Below are positions 17,539-27,406 of a stretch of DNA of 64,000 nt, piece after piece. The stretch covers positions 1 to 64,000 of IMG/VR virus record IMGVR_UViG_3300033074_001674. The stretch is one strand, 5' to 3'. Under the pieces are notes generated by a model that saw only the letters and a list, made by a program, of their open reading frames with translations, was not told the DNA's origin and searched no databases. Position 1 is the stretch's first letter, and every line of letters starts with the position of its first letter. The DNA comes from a virus. Taxonomy: Duplodnaviria; Caudoviricetes. A program made the translations under genes and the position numbers.

Positions 17539-17637
17539 TGAGACATCGACTAAGCTAAGTCATATCCTGGTAGTTGCTGGCTTTTGAAACCAATAAAGTA
17601 CTTGGATAAAATGCAAGTGCAAATCTTGCTGTCTCAC
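17539..17637 (+). ncRNA. tRNA-like RNA with elongated anticodon arm (tip reads TTG)
   Basis: TGAGACA/TGTCTCA, GACT/AGTC, TATCC/GGATA extended by an irregular helix, GCAAG-TGCAAAT-CTTGC. Confidence 0.8.
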
Positions 17638-17664
17638 ACATGGGGGAGTCTGTCCCTCAACAAA

Positions 17665-17827
17665 GATAGGCGTCGTCTTAAAAGGAAAGATACCAAGAAC
17701 AGGGGATGTGTAAGCCTCAAGGAGTTGTCAAAGTTGCCTAGTTAGTGTACACAAGACTTAATCAGTGTGCGGTATCGAAGCAAGCTCCGTTCTTCAGGGG
17801 ATGCCGGTTCAAGTCCGGCCGCCTATC
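17665..17827 (+). ncRNA. tRNA-like RNA with ~90-nt multibranch insert in the anticodon arm
   Basis: GATAGGCG/CGCCTATC, GTCT/AGAT D-stem, AAGAAC/GTTCTT, GCCGG-TTCAAGT-CCGGC. Confidence 0.82.
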
Positions 17828-17862
17828 ATTGGTAATTTGCTATAATCCAACGAAAGGGAAAT

Positions 17863-18207
17863 ATGAATCGACCGTATATAATCCAATCTGTAAATGGCCG
17901 CTTTACACTTGGATTCACAGTTGAAAAGGGCGGCGTCGTAAAATTGTCGGGCGCATTTTGCACAGACAGAGATTTGTTCAAGAAGCGCACTGGATATAAA
18001 ATTGTGTGTGGCAGGCTGGCTCTAAATCCACATGTAATTCTAGATAACAGATATAATGGAGATAATCCATTCAAGGAGTTATTGGTCCCGCTGGAATCAT
18101 GGATAAGAACAAAGAGATTCAAGAATTCGCGCAGATGTTCATCTGCAATTCTTGTTAAGGCTGCGGCTGTTCTTGATAATGCTATTCTTGCTAGTGAAAA
18201 GGGCTAA
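17863..18207 (+). CDS. conserved-type phage hypothetical protein
   Basis: AFC..RDLF.K..G..I..GRL pattern. Confidence 0.75.
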   Translation: MNRPYIIQSVNGRFTLGFTVEKGGVVKLSGAFCTDRDLFKKRTGYKIVCGRLALNPHVILDNRYNGDNPFKELLVPLESWIRTKRFKNSRRCSSAILVKAAAVLDNAILASEKG

Positions 18208-18209
18208 CA

Positions 18210-18947
18210 ATGTTAAAGTTTGAAAAAGTAGCAGCTACTGCTGGTTATCCTGGGCAGCTCGCCGTATTAGCAGAAGATGGCACTATCGCATTTGGCCCAG
18301 CAGAGTGCAAGGGCTATATAGTGGATGTGTTTGGCAGGATACATGGCCCTCCATTACAGAAAACTATAAATTCAGCTTTCAAAGGCAAGATTAGCGACGG
18401 TTGCCTGGCTTTGGCCTACTGGTGCGGAGTTAAAACCAGAGATAGCAACGCAGAAAAGTTCTGTGTTATCATCAATGAGCTAGAGGAACACTTCAATATT
18501 GAAGACAGGTCCGAGGTAATTTGTCCAGACATCCCAGAAGGGAAAAAGATGCCTGCCGCACCATTTGTGGCGATGGCGCCTTTATGGTGGCGCAAGTGGC
18601 CTGTCATGGTAAATTTTTACTGTCTAATGATGCGACTTTCGCCATTCATGAGACATAATGAAAGCTTCGATTCGTTCAGAGATAGAATAGTGAAGAGGGG
18701 CAATGGGCACGATGACAATCTAATGTATCTTACAGATATTTCCAAAAGTGGGAATCTAGACCTAATCCTCTCTAAGAGCGCAAATTTCTTCAAGAGAAGA
18801 GGATATACAGACTATCTGTTGCACGAACATGATAGGGGCGTTGTTGACTATGATGACGATGAAGATAAAGGCTGGCCCTTAATCAAGGCCGCCATCGCTA
18901 AAAAGCGCGGTATGTCTGCTGAACAATTGGCAAATCACACAGAATAA
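18210..18947 (+). CDS. hypothetical protein, paralog of 15178..15816
   Basis: CKGYIVDV and WWRKWPVMVNFYCLMMRL. Confidence 0.78.
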   Translation: MLKFEKVAATAGYPGQLAVLAEDGTIAFGPAECKGYIVDVFGRIHGPPLQKTINSAFKGKISDGCLALAYWCGVKTRDSNAEKFCVIINELEEHFNIEDRSEVICPDIPEGKKMPAAPFVAMAPLWWRKWPVMVNFYCLMMRLSPFMRHNESFDSFRDRIVKRGNGHDDNLMYLTDISKSGNLDLILSKSANFFKRRGYTDYLLHEHDRGVVDYDDDEDKGWPLIKAAIAKKRGMSAEQLANHTE

Positions 18948-18959
18948 AGGAAATCTAAA

Positions 18960-19826
18960 ATGGCAAAAATTAAGTTCACTATTGGCTGTGACCCTGAGAT
19001 TATGCTGGCTGGCCCAAACGGGCTTGTATCCGCAATTCCCTTCTATAAGGGAACTAAGGATAAGCCAGAAAAGGTAGATGGTGGAATTGTTTCCCACGAT
19101 AATGTTAACGTTGAGTTTGGGAGTAACCCGGCATCGTCTAAAGAGGAATGGATTAGAAACACCAAGGCTGTAATTGGAAAGGTCATAGAAATGGCTCCGG
19201 CCAATCACAGTCTTGTCGTTCAAGCATCTGCGGAGTTCCCAGATGAACAACTGCAGGATGAGGAAGCAAGAAAGTTTGGTTGCGACCCAGACTTTGATGC
19301 TTATGCTGTCGCGATTAACAATGCACCAGATATAAGAAAGTCTCCAAACTTGAGGTCTTGCGGTGGACATATCCACGTAGGCTCTCAGTTCTTAACTGAG
19401 GACCTAATGGACGTAATAGGATTCACAAAGGCCATGGATATTTTCCTTGGCATTCCAGCAGTCCTATTGGATAAGGACCCAAGCTCGGCGCATCGCCGCA
19501 ACCTGTATGGCAAGGCAGGCTGTCACAGACCTAAGCCATATGGCGTAGAGTACAGGACTCTGTCCAACTTCTGGGTGAGCAGGCCAAGATTAACCTCGTT
19601 AATGTATGACCTCACAGAAGCAGCTCTAGATGCTTACACGGATAAGCACACGCACGGTATTGATGAGAATGGAATCAAAAATGCCATCAATAATGGCGAC
19701 AAGGCACTAGCAGCAAATATCTTAACTGGCTTTATTAGGAAGTTGGTTAAGCCAGATGTATACAAGGAAATAATGGCCTGCAAGAAACTTGTTCACAAAG
19801 CCGACCTTAAGGAATGGTGCGAATAA
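18960..19826 (+). CDS. phiEco32-like COOH-NH2 ligase type 2
   Basis: IGCDPE, DNV.VEF, FGCDPD, RSCGGHIHVG, RR.LYG.AG..RPKPYGVEYRTLSNFW. Confidence 0.93.
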   Translation: MAKIKFTIGCDPEIMLAGPNGLVSAIPFYKGTKDKPEKVDGGIVSHDNVNVEFGSNPASSKEEWIRNTKAVIGKVIEMAPANHSLVVQASAEFPDEQLQDEEARKFGCDPDFDAYAVAINNAPDIRKSPNLRSCGGHIHVGSQFLTEDLMDVIGFTKAMDIFLGIPAVLLDKDPSSAHRRNLYGKAGCHRPKPYGVEYRTLSNFWVSRPRLTSLMYDLTEAALDAYTDKHTHGIDENGIKNAINNGDKALAANILTGFIRKLVKPDVYKEIMACKKLVHKADLKEWCE

Positions 19827-20317
19827 TGAGTTATAGACGGCCATACTGTGGAGTTGGGGTTACACTTGCAATCCCAGCAACATGGGAACTAATCACTAAT
19901 CCTGATGTTCAGGATTCGCTCTTGACCTTGACTGAATCTGTTAAGGTCTCAGAGCTAGTCATTATGTTCAATAAGCTATCTAATAAGAGGGCAGACGATT
20001 CAGCGCAAAAAGACGAACTATATAACAATATGCCCAAATGGATGCGCAAACATATTGTTTGGCCTGTTGGGCAGGAAAGATATAGTGACGTTTTATTTAT
20101 GTGGCGAATATTCAACGCTTTAGAAGTTGATGATTTCTGGGCGTCTAGGGAGAGCGATATAAAGAATGCCAATTCGGCAATCTTTGTTAACAGGTCTCCA
20201 CTTAAGACAATAGCAAAGAGAATCATGACCCTTGATAGTGTTGAAGTTGAAAAGAACAAATACTGGCCTAGAAAACAATATATGCCACTTGAATCAGCGT
20301 TAAAGAAGGTGCTATAA
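19826..20317 (+). CDS. hypothetical protein
   Basis: Coupled between ligase and GATase. Confidence 0.75.
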   Translation: MSYRRPYCGVGVTLAIPATWELITNPDVQDSLLTLTESVKVSELVIMFNKLSNKRADDSAQKDELYNNMPKWMRKHIVWPVGQERYSDVLFMWRIFNALEVDDFWASRESDIKNANSAIFVNRSPLKTIAKRIMTLDSVEVEKNKYWPRKQYMPLESALKKVL

Positions 20318-21354
20318 TGTGTGGTATTTTTGGAGCAGTTTCATTAGACCCTCTCCGCTCTCTTGAGTTTAGGGCATTCATAACCAAACTTGCGGAGGCG
20401 TCAGAGTTGCGAGGCGTAGACGCCGGGGGATTTTGTGGCGTAGCCGACGGACGAATCCTCGCAGATAAGGACAAGGATAGAATAAGTAAATTACTACGTG
20501 TCTCTGTTAACTGGAGACAGCTAGTGTTTAGCGATAACTATTCTCTAATTGGCCACACAAGAGCATCAACCAGCGGGGCACCTTGGGTCATCGAAAATAA
20601 CCACCCATTTCATAGCGATAAATATGCATTAGTTCATAATGGGGTTATTTCCTATCACGAGTGGCTTGCAGAAAAAATTAAGGCAAAACTCAAAACGAAA
20701 TGTGACAGCGAAGTTCTACTGCACTATGTTCAGTCAACTGTAATCCTAAAGAACGGCATTAAAAAGGTTTACAGAGAAATAGCAGATAACGGCTCATATG
20801 CTGTTGCTATCCTGAATAAGGAGAACGGCGAGATAGTATTGTTCAGGTCAATGTCGTCGCCGGCATATATCGGCTATGTCCCTAGATGGAACGCGGTTGT
20901 ATTTGCATCTACCAGCGAAATTATAGGTAGAGCAATCCGAGAATCAATGGCAATCTCGGAAAAGAATGCGCTCTATAAGGATATAATGGAGAATTTTTAC
21001 CAAATTGATGATGGGGCGATGGTTACAATTAAGCCAAATCTAGAGATTAAGACTCAAAAGATTTGGGCATCAAACGTAGATGACCTGTATAAGAAGAATG
21101 CTGACAGGCGAGCAATTTTCAATGCGATTATTGCAAGCGGTGTAACAAGTTCAACAATCCTAAAAACGGCGTACAAGGTCAGGAAGCCTCTATTTTACGC
21201 TGACCTTGGGGACGATGATAAACTTGTTTACAACAGGATTAACGATATGAATGTGGCTGAGAAGTTGCGGTTTTGGTCCGACACAAAGCTTGAGGATGTA
21301 TTAGCGATGCCTCAAGGAGAGTATAAAGCATACATGGAGTTCACTAGTGTCTGA
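20317..21354 (+). CDS. class II (Ntn) glutamine amidotransferase
   Basis: MCGIFG, RG.D, GHTR.ST, NNHPF, HNG, CDSE. Confidence 0.92.
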   Translation: MCGIFGAVSLDPLRSLEFRAFITKLAEASELRGVDAGGFCGVADGRILADKDKDRISKLLRVSVNWRQLVFSDNYSLIGHTRASTSGAPWVIENNHPFHSDKYALVHNGVISYHEWLAEKIKAKLKTKCDSEVLLHYVQSTVILKNGIKKVYREIADNGSYAVAILNKENGEIVLFRSMSSPAYIGYVPRWNAVVFASTSEIIGRAIRESMAISEKNALYKDIMENFYQIDDGAMVTIKPNLEIKTQKIWASNVDDLYKKNADRRAIFNAIIASGVTSSTILKTAYKVRKPLFYADLGDDDKLVYNRINDMNVAEKLRFWSDTKLEDVLAMPQGEYKAYMEFTSV

Positions 21355-21544
21355 TGATTTTACGCGCAAGAAGCGCAAAGAAAAGCTAGATAAGAAGAAA
21401 GATAAGAGAGGTCGTCGCAATTTCGACGATGGCCAATCTGAATCTTTTAGAGATAGAGGCTCGAAACAAAAGCCACGCAAGCGGGACTGGTCGGTAGATG
21501 GCTTTATGGATGACGAGTACGGCTACCAAGAGATAAGGGATTAA
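21347..21544 (+). CDS. small highly charged protein
   Basis: GGAG RBS, GTG start, K/R then D/E rich. Confidence 0.7.
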   Translation: MSDDFTRKKRKEKLDKKKDKRGRRNFDDGQSESFRDRGSKQKPRKRDWSVDGFMDDEYGYQEIRD

Positions 21545-21545
21545 T

Positions 21546-22313
21546 ATGTCATTAAGAATTCATGCTGGGAGAGGCTCTACGGCACAATCCCTACTGTTGA
21601 AAATTGTGCGCTCAATTGAAGATGGAGCTTATGAGGATATAGTAATTTATGAATATCCAAAAGATGACTTGTTAGACCAAAACGAGAGAACGGTAGCATC
21701 TACTCACTACATAGTCAATCCTGGGTATATCAAAACACTTGCATCAAAGGTTAAAACAAACAACCTTGATTGGTCTGGCTTGAATATCCGTCAGCTTTGC
21801 ATAGAAATAGAGAATGGTATCAAAATACCGAACTTGCCAATACCGGTTAAGGATGGAGCGCTTGATTTCTCTAAGTTTGAATGCGAAGTAATTAACTTGG
21901 ACGATTTAAAGAATCGTTCAGAAAAGTTGCGCAAGTCGCTAATCCGGAGAAATGCAGAGCTTGTTCGCAGGACAAACGCCAAAATTCCAATTAACACTGT
22001 TAGTATAGGAATTAGCGCACGCCTAGAAGTTCTTAAGGCCGCCATTTATGTTTATCAAGCAAAACAAGACGCGATTAAGACGTCACTATTGCAGGCACTT
22101 TATTCAGCAATAGCTGTTCGCGAAAGAGAGGTTCTCCTATATAGGACTAGGCCAAACGTTAAATTCAAAATATCTCATGACGAACATGTTATAAATACAA
22201 TAGATGAGATAATTAGATGTTTTGGCGGCTATCATCCATTCCAAGAAATTGCTACTGGCAGCCACTCAAGTTTCAAGCTGGAGAATTATCAAAATGATTT
22301 CAACGACGAATAG
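21546..22313 (+). CDS. hypothetical protein
   Basis: 255 aa ORF. Confidence 0.8.
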   Translation: MSLRIHAGRGSTAQSLLLKIVRSIEDGAYEDIVIYEYPKDDLLDQNERTVASTHYIVNPGYIKTLASKVKTNNLDWSGLNIRQLCIEIENGIKIPNLPIPVKDGALDFSKFECEVINLDDLKNRSEKLRKSLIRRNAELVRRTNAKIPINTVSIGISARLEVLKAAIYVYQAKQDAIKTSLLQALYSAIAVREREVLLYRTRPNVKFKISHDEHVINTIDEIIRCFGGYHPFQEIATGSHSSFKLENYQNDFNDE

Positions 22314-22596
22314 TAAAGAATATTTCAACGAAATAGTAAGACATAGGCTAGATGTTTATGCTCAAGCCACGAAGGCGGCGATAGAGCTAATTAAGCCAAT
22401 GGTAGCTGTAACAAATAAAACAAGTACCAGCGCAACTTACCTGACAGATTCGGAATGTAAGGCGTTATTTTTCTTTGTCGGAAAAATTATCGACAGAGTT
22501 TTTGATGGCCTACAGAATGAAATCGTGCCAGAAGTTTTGCAAGGGTCAATAGTGGAGCTAAATATAGATGACACTGAAATCGACGTTACAACGTAA
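22294..22596 (+). CDS. hypothetical protein
   Basis: GGAG RBS before ATG 22294. Confidence 0.7.
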   Translation: MISTTNSKEYFNEIVRHRLDVYAQATKAAIELIKPMVAVTNKTSTSATYLTDSECKALFFFVGKIIDRVFDGLQNEIVPEVLQGSIVELNIDDTEIDVTT

Positions 22597-23020
22597 CGAG
22601 AATGAGTTAAGAAGGCATATAGATAAACTTAGAAGATTTTCCGCGATTATAAAAGAAGGAAAATCTAATATAAACTATCAAGATAAGTATAAACTCACAA
22701 TACCAAACATGTTGCAGCATGAGGTTAAATTGCCGCTCATGCACATTGTGCTTAGAATGTACGCCATGTTTAGATTGGGAATAGAAGAAGGTATTAAATG
22801 TGCGGGATACTCGGATTCACTGGAAGATACAGTGATAAAATCCCTACTTTCATTAGTAGAGGATTGCTCGAATCAGAAACAAGAGGAAGAGACGCAACAG
22901 GATTCTTCGCCAGAAACGAGCACGGAACTATCGATGACAAACGACCAATCCCCGCCAAAAAATTCATCAGAAGAGCCAAAGTCGAAGGTCGTCTTAGAAA
23001 ATTTGAGCCTAGTGGAGTAA
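22568..23020 (+). CDS. hypothetical protein overlapping the next gene by 223 nt
   Basis: Fills gap 22596-22798; S/T/E-rich tail in alternative frame. Confidence 0.55.
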   Translation: MTLKSTLQRNENELRRHIDKLRRFSAIIKEGKSNINYQDKYKLTIPNMLQHEVKLPLMHIVLRMYAMFRLGIEEGIKCAGYSDSLEDTVIKSLLSLVEDCSNQKQEEETQQDSSPETSTELSMTNDQSPPKNSSEEPKSKVVLENLSLVE

Positions 23021-23718
23021 TAGCTCACTGTAGAGCAACAACTCCTGGGTCTGGCAATGCCAAATTTAATAGAAATAATCATCCATTTATAGGAAAACAT
23101 GTAGCTATTGTCCATAATGGATGCATCCCAGGATATAAGGAGGTGCCATCATTCGCCAACTTGGATTACAAGACAGAGACAGACTCAGAAGCTATTCTTA
23201 GATGGATAGAAAAAGAAGTAGACTCCGGCAAAACAATAGCTCAGGCTATATATACATTTAGTGCCGTTGTTCCTGAAAAAACCGCATATGCTGTCGCATG
23301 TATGTCTCTAAAAGATGGCACGCTTTATCTTTTCAGGAATAATGAACGTCCGATGCAATTATTGCAGTTAATGGATGATTCGTGGTTATTCGCATCTACG
23401 GATGCAATTATAAATGCATCAGTAAAAGCGGCCGGCATTGGTTGGAAACAATCGTTTTATTTGCCAGATTTTACATTAAGAGTAATACAGCCAAACAATG
23501 AAAGTTTCGCGGAGCCACTATATAGGCCAGCTCCTAAACAGAATTTCGTAGTCACAAGAGAAAAATCTGGACCAGAAGAAAATATACCATCTCTTGATGA
23601 GCTGAAGGATAAATATCCAATAAGTGAAATACTTGATTTTAATAATCTCGTGTTAGAGAATCAATATCCAACAAAAGAGGAAATCAAATGTGTGTTAAAA
23701 CTTCTGACCTATCTATAG
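22798..23718 (+). CDS. class II (Ntn) glutamine amidotransferase
   Basis: MCGILG, RGRDATG, HCRATT, NNHPF, HNG, TDSE. Confidence 0.92.
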   Translation: MCGILGFTGRYSDKIPTFISRGLLESETRGRDATGFFARNEHGTIDDKRPIPAKKFIRRAKVEGRLRKFEPSGVIAHCRATTPGSGNAKFNRNNHPFIGKHVAIVHNGCIPGYKEVPSFANLDYKTETDSEAILRWIEKEVDSGKTIAQAIYTFSAVVPEKTAYAVACMSLKDGTLYLFRNNERPMQLLQLMDDSWLFASTDAIINASVKAAGIGWKQSFYLPDFTLRVIQPNNESFAEPLYRPAPKQNFVVTREKSGPEENIPSLDELKDKYPISEILDFNNLVLENQYPTKEEIKCVLKLLTYL

Positions 23719-24119
23719 CAGGAGCAAAACTGCTGCTTAGATTAAAGAATAGATTTCCTAAAGAAATAAAAGATATATTCTTTGTCGAGACAGAAGCTAA
23801 TCCGGATGTGCCGACATATGCAATTCAAGTTTTCGAAGCAAATAGCTTCTTAGCACCAAAAACAAATAAAGATGCGTTTAATGCATGGAACAATTCAATT
23901 TATTCATCTAACGGGATATTGAACTCTGCAAGAGTGAGCAGAATTCTTCTCGAACTTCTCTCTATTGAGAGAGGTCTTGTTGATAGAGTTCAGTTCTTAA
24001 TATTCCACAACAACAATATATACAGTCTTAACAAAATAGCTACAGAACATAAGTTTGTCGCGGTGAAAGTCAATAAAATAGCGAGGATTACAAATGGCGG
24101 CAGCAAAATCACCAAGTAA
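23688..24119 (+). CDS. hypothetical protein
   Basis: GAGG RBS, 143 aa. Confidence 0.7.
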   Translation: MCVKTSDLSIAGAKLLLRLKNRFPKEIKDIFFVETEANPDVPTYAIQVFEANSFLAPKTNKDAFNAWNNSIYSSNGILNSARVSRILLELLSIERGLVDRVQFLIFHNNNIYSLNKIATEHKFVAVKVNKIARITNGGSKITK

Positions 24120-25326
24120 GTTCGGAATAGAGTTAGAGTTCTCCAGACCACTTATGAACATTCTCTACCATGAGAGAGACAAGAATCATAGGTGGCAAAA
24201 GTTCTCTAGAGAGATTAATTCCCTGATAAAGACAGGGGATATAAGTCCTGGGTGGCAATTAAATATTGACACATCTTGTGGAGGGGAGATAGTCACGCCT
24301 CCATTTTCAGATGTGGCGACTGGCTTTGCTGAAATCGCAAAAGTTTGCGAGGCAGCAAACAATATGGCCAGGGTAGCCTCACTGCCAGTGGCAGACGCCG
24401 AGTGTGGGCTGCACATCCATTTTGATGCAGCAAACATTAGGCCTCGTCACGTTGGCAACATATTCGCGCTGCTACATAAATATGAGCCAATAATCTACTC
24501 GATTTATACAAATCGCAATCCTCGTTATTGTTCGCCTATCTCTGTGAATATGAATGTTATGCCACGAGCCCGCACATGGACTCAAGTCAGAGATTCATGG
24601 TATAGGCCGGAAAACAACGTAAAAGACCCAGGCCATGCATACTCTGTAAATTTTATCAACAGCGAAGATGCTGGAGATAAGTACGATGGGACGAGATATC
24701 ATGGATTTAATATCCACTGCTATTGGCGTCAACGGACAATTGAATTCAGATATGGAAGAGGCACTTTTGATATAGATAAAATCTATGCGTTCTATGAGCT
24801 TTGTCTGGCAATTGTCAACAAGGCAATTAGAATGAGAACGCCAGAAGTTGTGCCGAACAACAATTTAAAGTTCTCACAACTATTGAATTTGGTTGTCCAC
24901 AACTACAAGTTCAGGACTTCATTCATTAGAATGTGTAATGACCTAAAGCTTAGCAAAATAACCAAGATAACACTATGGGAAATGGCAAAGAGAAATAATG
25001 CTACAAAGATAACAGAAAAAGACCCAACAAAAAAGAAGATATTTATTTGCAATTCCAACAGGAGCAAATTCCTCATATCTACCTTTGATGGGATTTTCGA
25101 CTTAGACGGCAACATGGTTAAAAGCGCGAAGATTGCAACCTCTATAAAGAATCTAATATCTGCTAAAATAAAGAAGCACAAGGACGGAGAAGATGTTAAA
25201 ATTGAACTGATTATGCCAGAGAACGTGTTTGTCGAAACAAACATAGCTGTTCCACAACAGATTATAGATAAGTATAAGAATGCGCCTGTCAGAGAAGGCG
25301 ATGATTGGGTCGAGTTCATTAAGTAG
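24094..25326 (+). CDS. putative amidoligase (Amidoligase_2 type)
   Basis: FGIELE, DTS, EIVTPP, CGLHIH, RY...N, TIEFR. Confidence 0.9.
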   Translation: MAAAKSPSKFGIELEFSRPLMNILYHERDKNHRWQKFSREINSLIKTGDISPGWQLNIDTSCGGEIVTPPFSDVATGFAEIAKVCEAANNMARVASLPVADAECGLHIHFDAANIRPRHVGNIFALLHKYEPIIYSIYTNRNPRYCSPISVNMNVMPRARTWTQVRDSWYRPENNVKDPGHAYSVNFINSEDAGDKYDGTRYHGFNIHCYWRQRTIEFRYGRGTFDIDKIYAFYELCLAIVNKAIRMRTPEVVPNNNLKFSQLLNLVVHNYKFRTSFIRMCNDLKLSKITKITLWEMAKRNNATKITEKDPTKKKIFICNSNRSKFLISTFDGIFDLDGNMVKSAKIATSIKNLISAKIKKHKDGEDVKIELIMPENVFVETNIAVPQQIIDKYKNAPVREGDDWVEFIK

Positions 25327-25334
25327 AGGTTAAA

Positions 25335-26429
25335 ATGTGTGGAATATTTGGATATACTGCTTTTGGCAAAATAGAAAAGCCAGAAGCTCTTCATAGATTA
25401 ATTACACATCTGGCGCTATCTTCTCAAGACAGGGGCACAGACGCGACAGGATTTTCATCCTACAGTTTCAATAAGGAAATTGTAAGAGATAAAATGCCGT
25501 ATAGCGCCGAGCATTTTATTAAGTTGAGCTATAAGTTCGCGTCACTAGAAAGGAATATGCCCAGAACTTTTATAGGACATACAAGAAGAGTTGATAATGC
25601 TCATAGCCCAGCAATCAATAACAACAATCATCCATTTTGTGGAGAGGTATTCGACCTAATACATAATGGTGTGCTATATGATTGGCGAAATAAGGCTAAA
25701 ACATTAGGCCTAGATGTCAGGTCCGGGACAGATAGTGAAGTATATCTAAGATTTCTAGAAAAGAAATTAATTAATCGCGACCAAACTGGCTATGATTCAT
25801 CTTATAATTCACTAGCTGCTGCATTTGGAGATTTCGGTAAGGACCTATCAAATGGGAAATATGCAATTGCCGCGATAGACAAGAGGAATGGCAATTTAAT
25901 CCTGGCAAGGAATGTTAATCCAGTACATTATTTTTCCACTAATTTCTTCGGTGCAAGGGTATTCGTATTCGCTTCAACGTTTGAGATATTAAAGAACGCT
26001 ATTTCTCAAATGGGCGCTGTTTTTACAATGGCGGATGCTGGGACCATAGAGATAATTAAACCTTACGCACTATACACAATAGTCTTTACAGCAGAGCTAT
26101 CCACAGATAACAGATATACAAACATCCTATATAGAGAGTATGCCAGGGGTTACGAAACCACCACGTCAGATACTCCAGCAACATCTTATGGTTCAAACTA
26201 CTACTCATATTACGATATAAACACAGAGATGTTCAAGAGTAATCAAACAGTCTATGCCACACTAGATGGATTCATAAAGATGGAGCTAAAGGAGCTAGAG
26301 GATATCTCGTGGGGAATTACTAAGCTATTTGGAGATTTCGAAATTATAAATGAAGACGATGAGTGGAATAATATCTTCATTAAGTGCGCCGCGAATACAG
26401 CAAATGAAGGGCAAGGATGTGGATATTAA
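25335..26429 (+). CDS. class II (Ntn) glutamine amidotransferase
   Basis: MCGIFG, RGTDATG, GHTR, NNHPF, HNG, TDSE. Confidence 0.92.
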   Translation: MCGIFGYTAFGKIEKPEALHRLITHLALSSQDRGTDATGFSSYSFNKEIVRDKMPYSAEHFIKLSYKFASLERNMPRTFIGHTRRVDNAHSPAINNNNHPFCGEVFDLIHNGVLYDWRNKAKTLGLDVRSGTDSEVYLRFLEKKLINRDQTGYDSSYNSLAAAFGDFGKDLSNGKYAIAAIDKRNGNLILARNVNPVHYFSTNFFGARVFVFASTFEILKNAISQMGAVFTMADAGTIEIIKPYALYTIVFTAELSTDNRYTNILYREYARGYETTTSDTPATSYGSNYYSYYDINTEMFKSNQTVYATLDGFIKMELKELEDISWGITKLFGDFEIINEDDEWNNIFIKCAANTANEGQGCGY

Positions 26430-26688
26430 ACTAGGAACTGTGTTATTTTTTAACAATAAACACGGATGGGGCCTTATAGATTATAATGGACAGCCGATAT
26501 TTATTCATCACTCTGCCATAAATAGTAAAAAAAGATACAAGAGCTTAAAAAAGGATGCGATTGTACAGTTCGAAATCGAATCCAGTCAATCTAAATTCCC
26601 AAAGGCAGTAAATGTAAATGAAATCAATGCGAAACATCCTATCGATAGACATGCCGCTAACAGAACAGAGATTCAAAGTAATAGTTAA
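26404..26688 (+). CDS. cold-shock domain protein
   Basis: GTVLFFN.KHGWGLI, IFIHHSAI, YKSL, V.FEI, KAVNV. Confidence 0.9.
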   Translation: MKGKDVDIKLGTVLFFNNKHGWGLIDYNGQPIFIHHSAINSKKRYKSLKKDAIVQFEIESSQSKFPKAVNVNEINAKHPIDRHAANRTEIQSNS

Positions 26689-27406
26689 TGGACAAGAAAT
26701 CAAAATTATCTATAACTCAAATGAGTTTACGCTCTCAAAAAGTATCCTGAGCTATCTAGGAAAACTCTATGGGACAGATTCAGCAAGAGATATAGCGGAC
26801 CAGCTTAGGGCATCTAGTAGTTTAGATATTTGTTTTTTAACAATTGGACAACAAATATTTTTAGAGGCCGTGATTCCTACAGAGCATGTAAAATTCTGTC
26901 CGTCAGAGATTAGAAATTTCTATACCAAAATACCAGAAATGCCAGAAAAGATAGATGAATACTACGGCTTCGGGGCATCAGTGCATTATTTCAAAAATAT
27001 ACTAATTGTAATCGGCAACAATATCGCTGGGGCGTTTGCTAAAACAGGCTCTATTCCCATACAAATAAGTGACTTAGATAGTCTAAGTCCAATTTCACCA
27101 AAGAAGTTTAGGGCATTAAATAAAGATGCAGCGGAAGCAAGAAAAAAATTACGCAAAATGGAGATTAGAACGAGTGACGCCCTAAGTATTTTAGAGTGGG
27201 CACTTAGACATTATAGGATAAACCCATTTAAAATCGATATTGTTGGTGATACAATAAGATTACATAAACTATTCCACATGTTAAGAGGGACCAAGTCCAG
27301 GATTAAGGCGCCATTTAACTCAAAAGATGGGCCAATTAACAATATATATTCATTAGGATTGTTGTCCAGAAAAATTTTGGAGAAATCAAATGTCGTACTA
27401 CAATAA
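26618..27406 (+). CDS. hypothetical protein
   Basis: 262 aa ORF. Confidence 0.75.
   Translation: MKSMRNILSIDMPLTEQRFKVIVNGQEIKIIYNSNEFTLSKSILSYLGKLYGTDSARDIADQLRASSSLDICFLTIGQQIFLEAVIPTEHVKFCPSEIRNFYTKIPEMPEKIDEYYGFGASVHYFKNILIVIGNNIAGAFAKTGSIPIQISDLDSLSPISPKKFRALNKDAAEARKKLRKMEIRTSDALSILEWALRHYRINPFKIDIVGDTIRLHKLFHMLRGTKSRIKAPFNSKDGPINNIYSLGLLSRKILEKSNVVLQ

Noticed and set aside
17665-17827. Group I intron or archaeal bulge-helix-bulge intron in the tRNA-like elements
   Set aside because: Inserts are too short for group I, no clear BHB motif is visible, and I found no excision that restores a canonical anticodon arm; not formally excluded.
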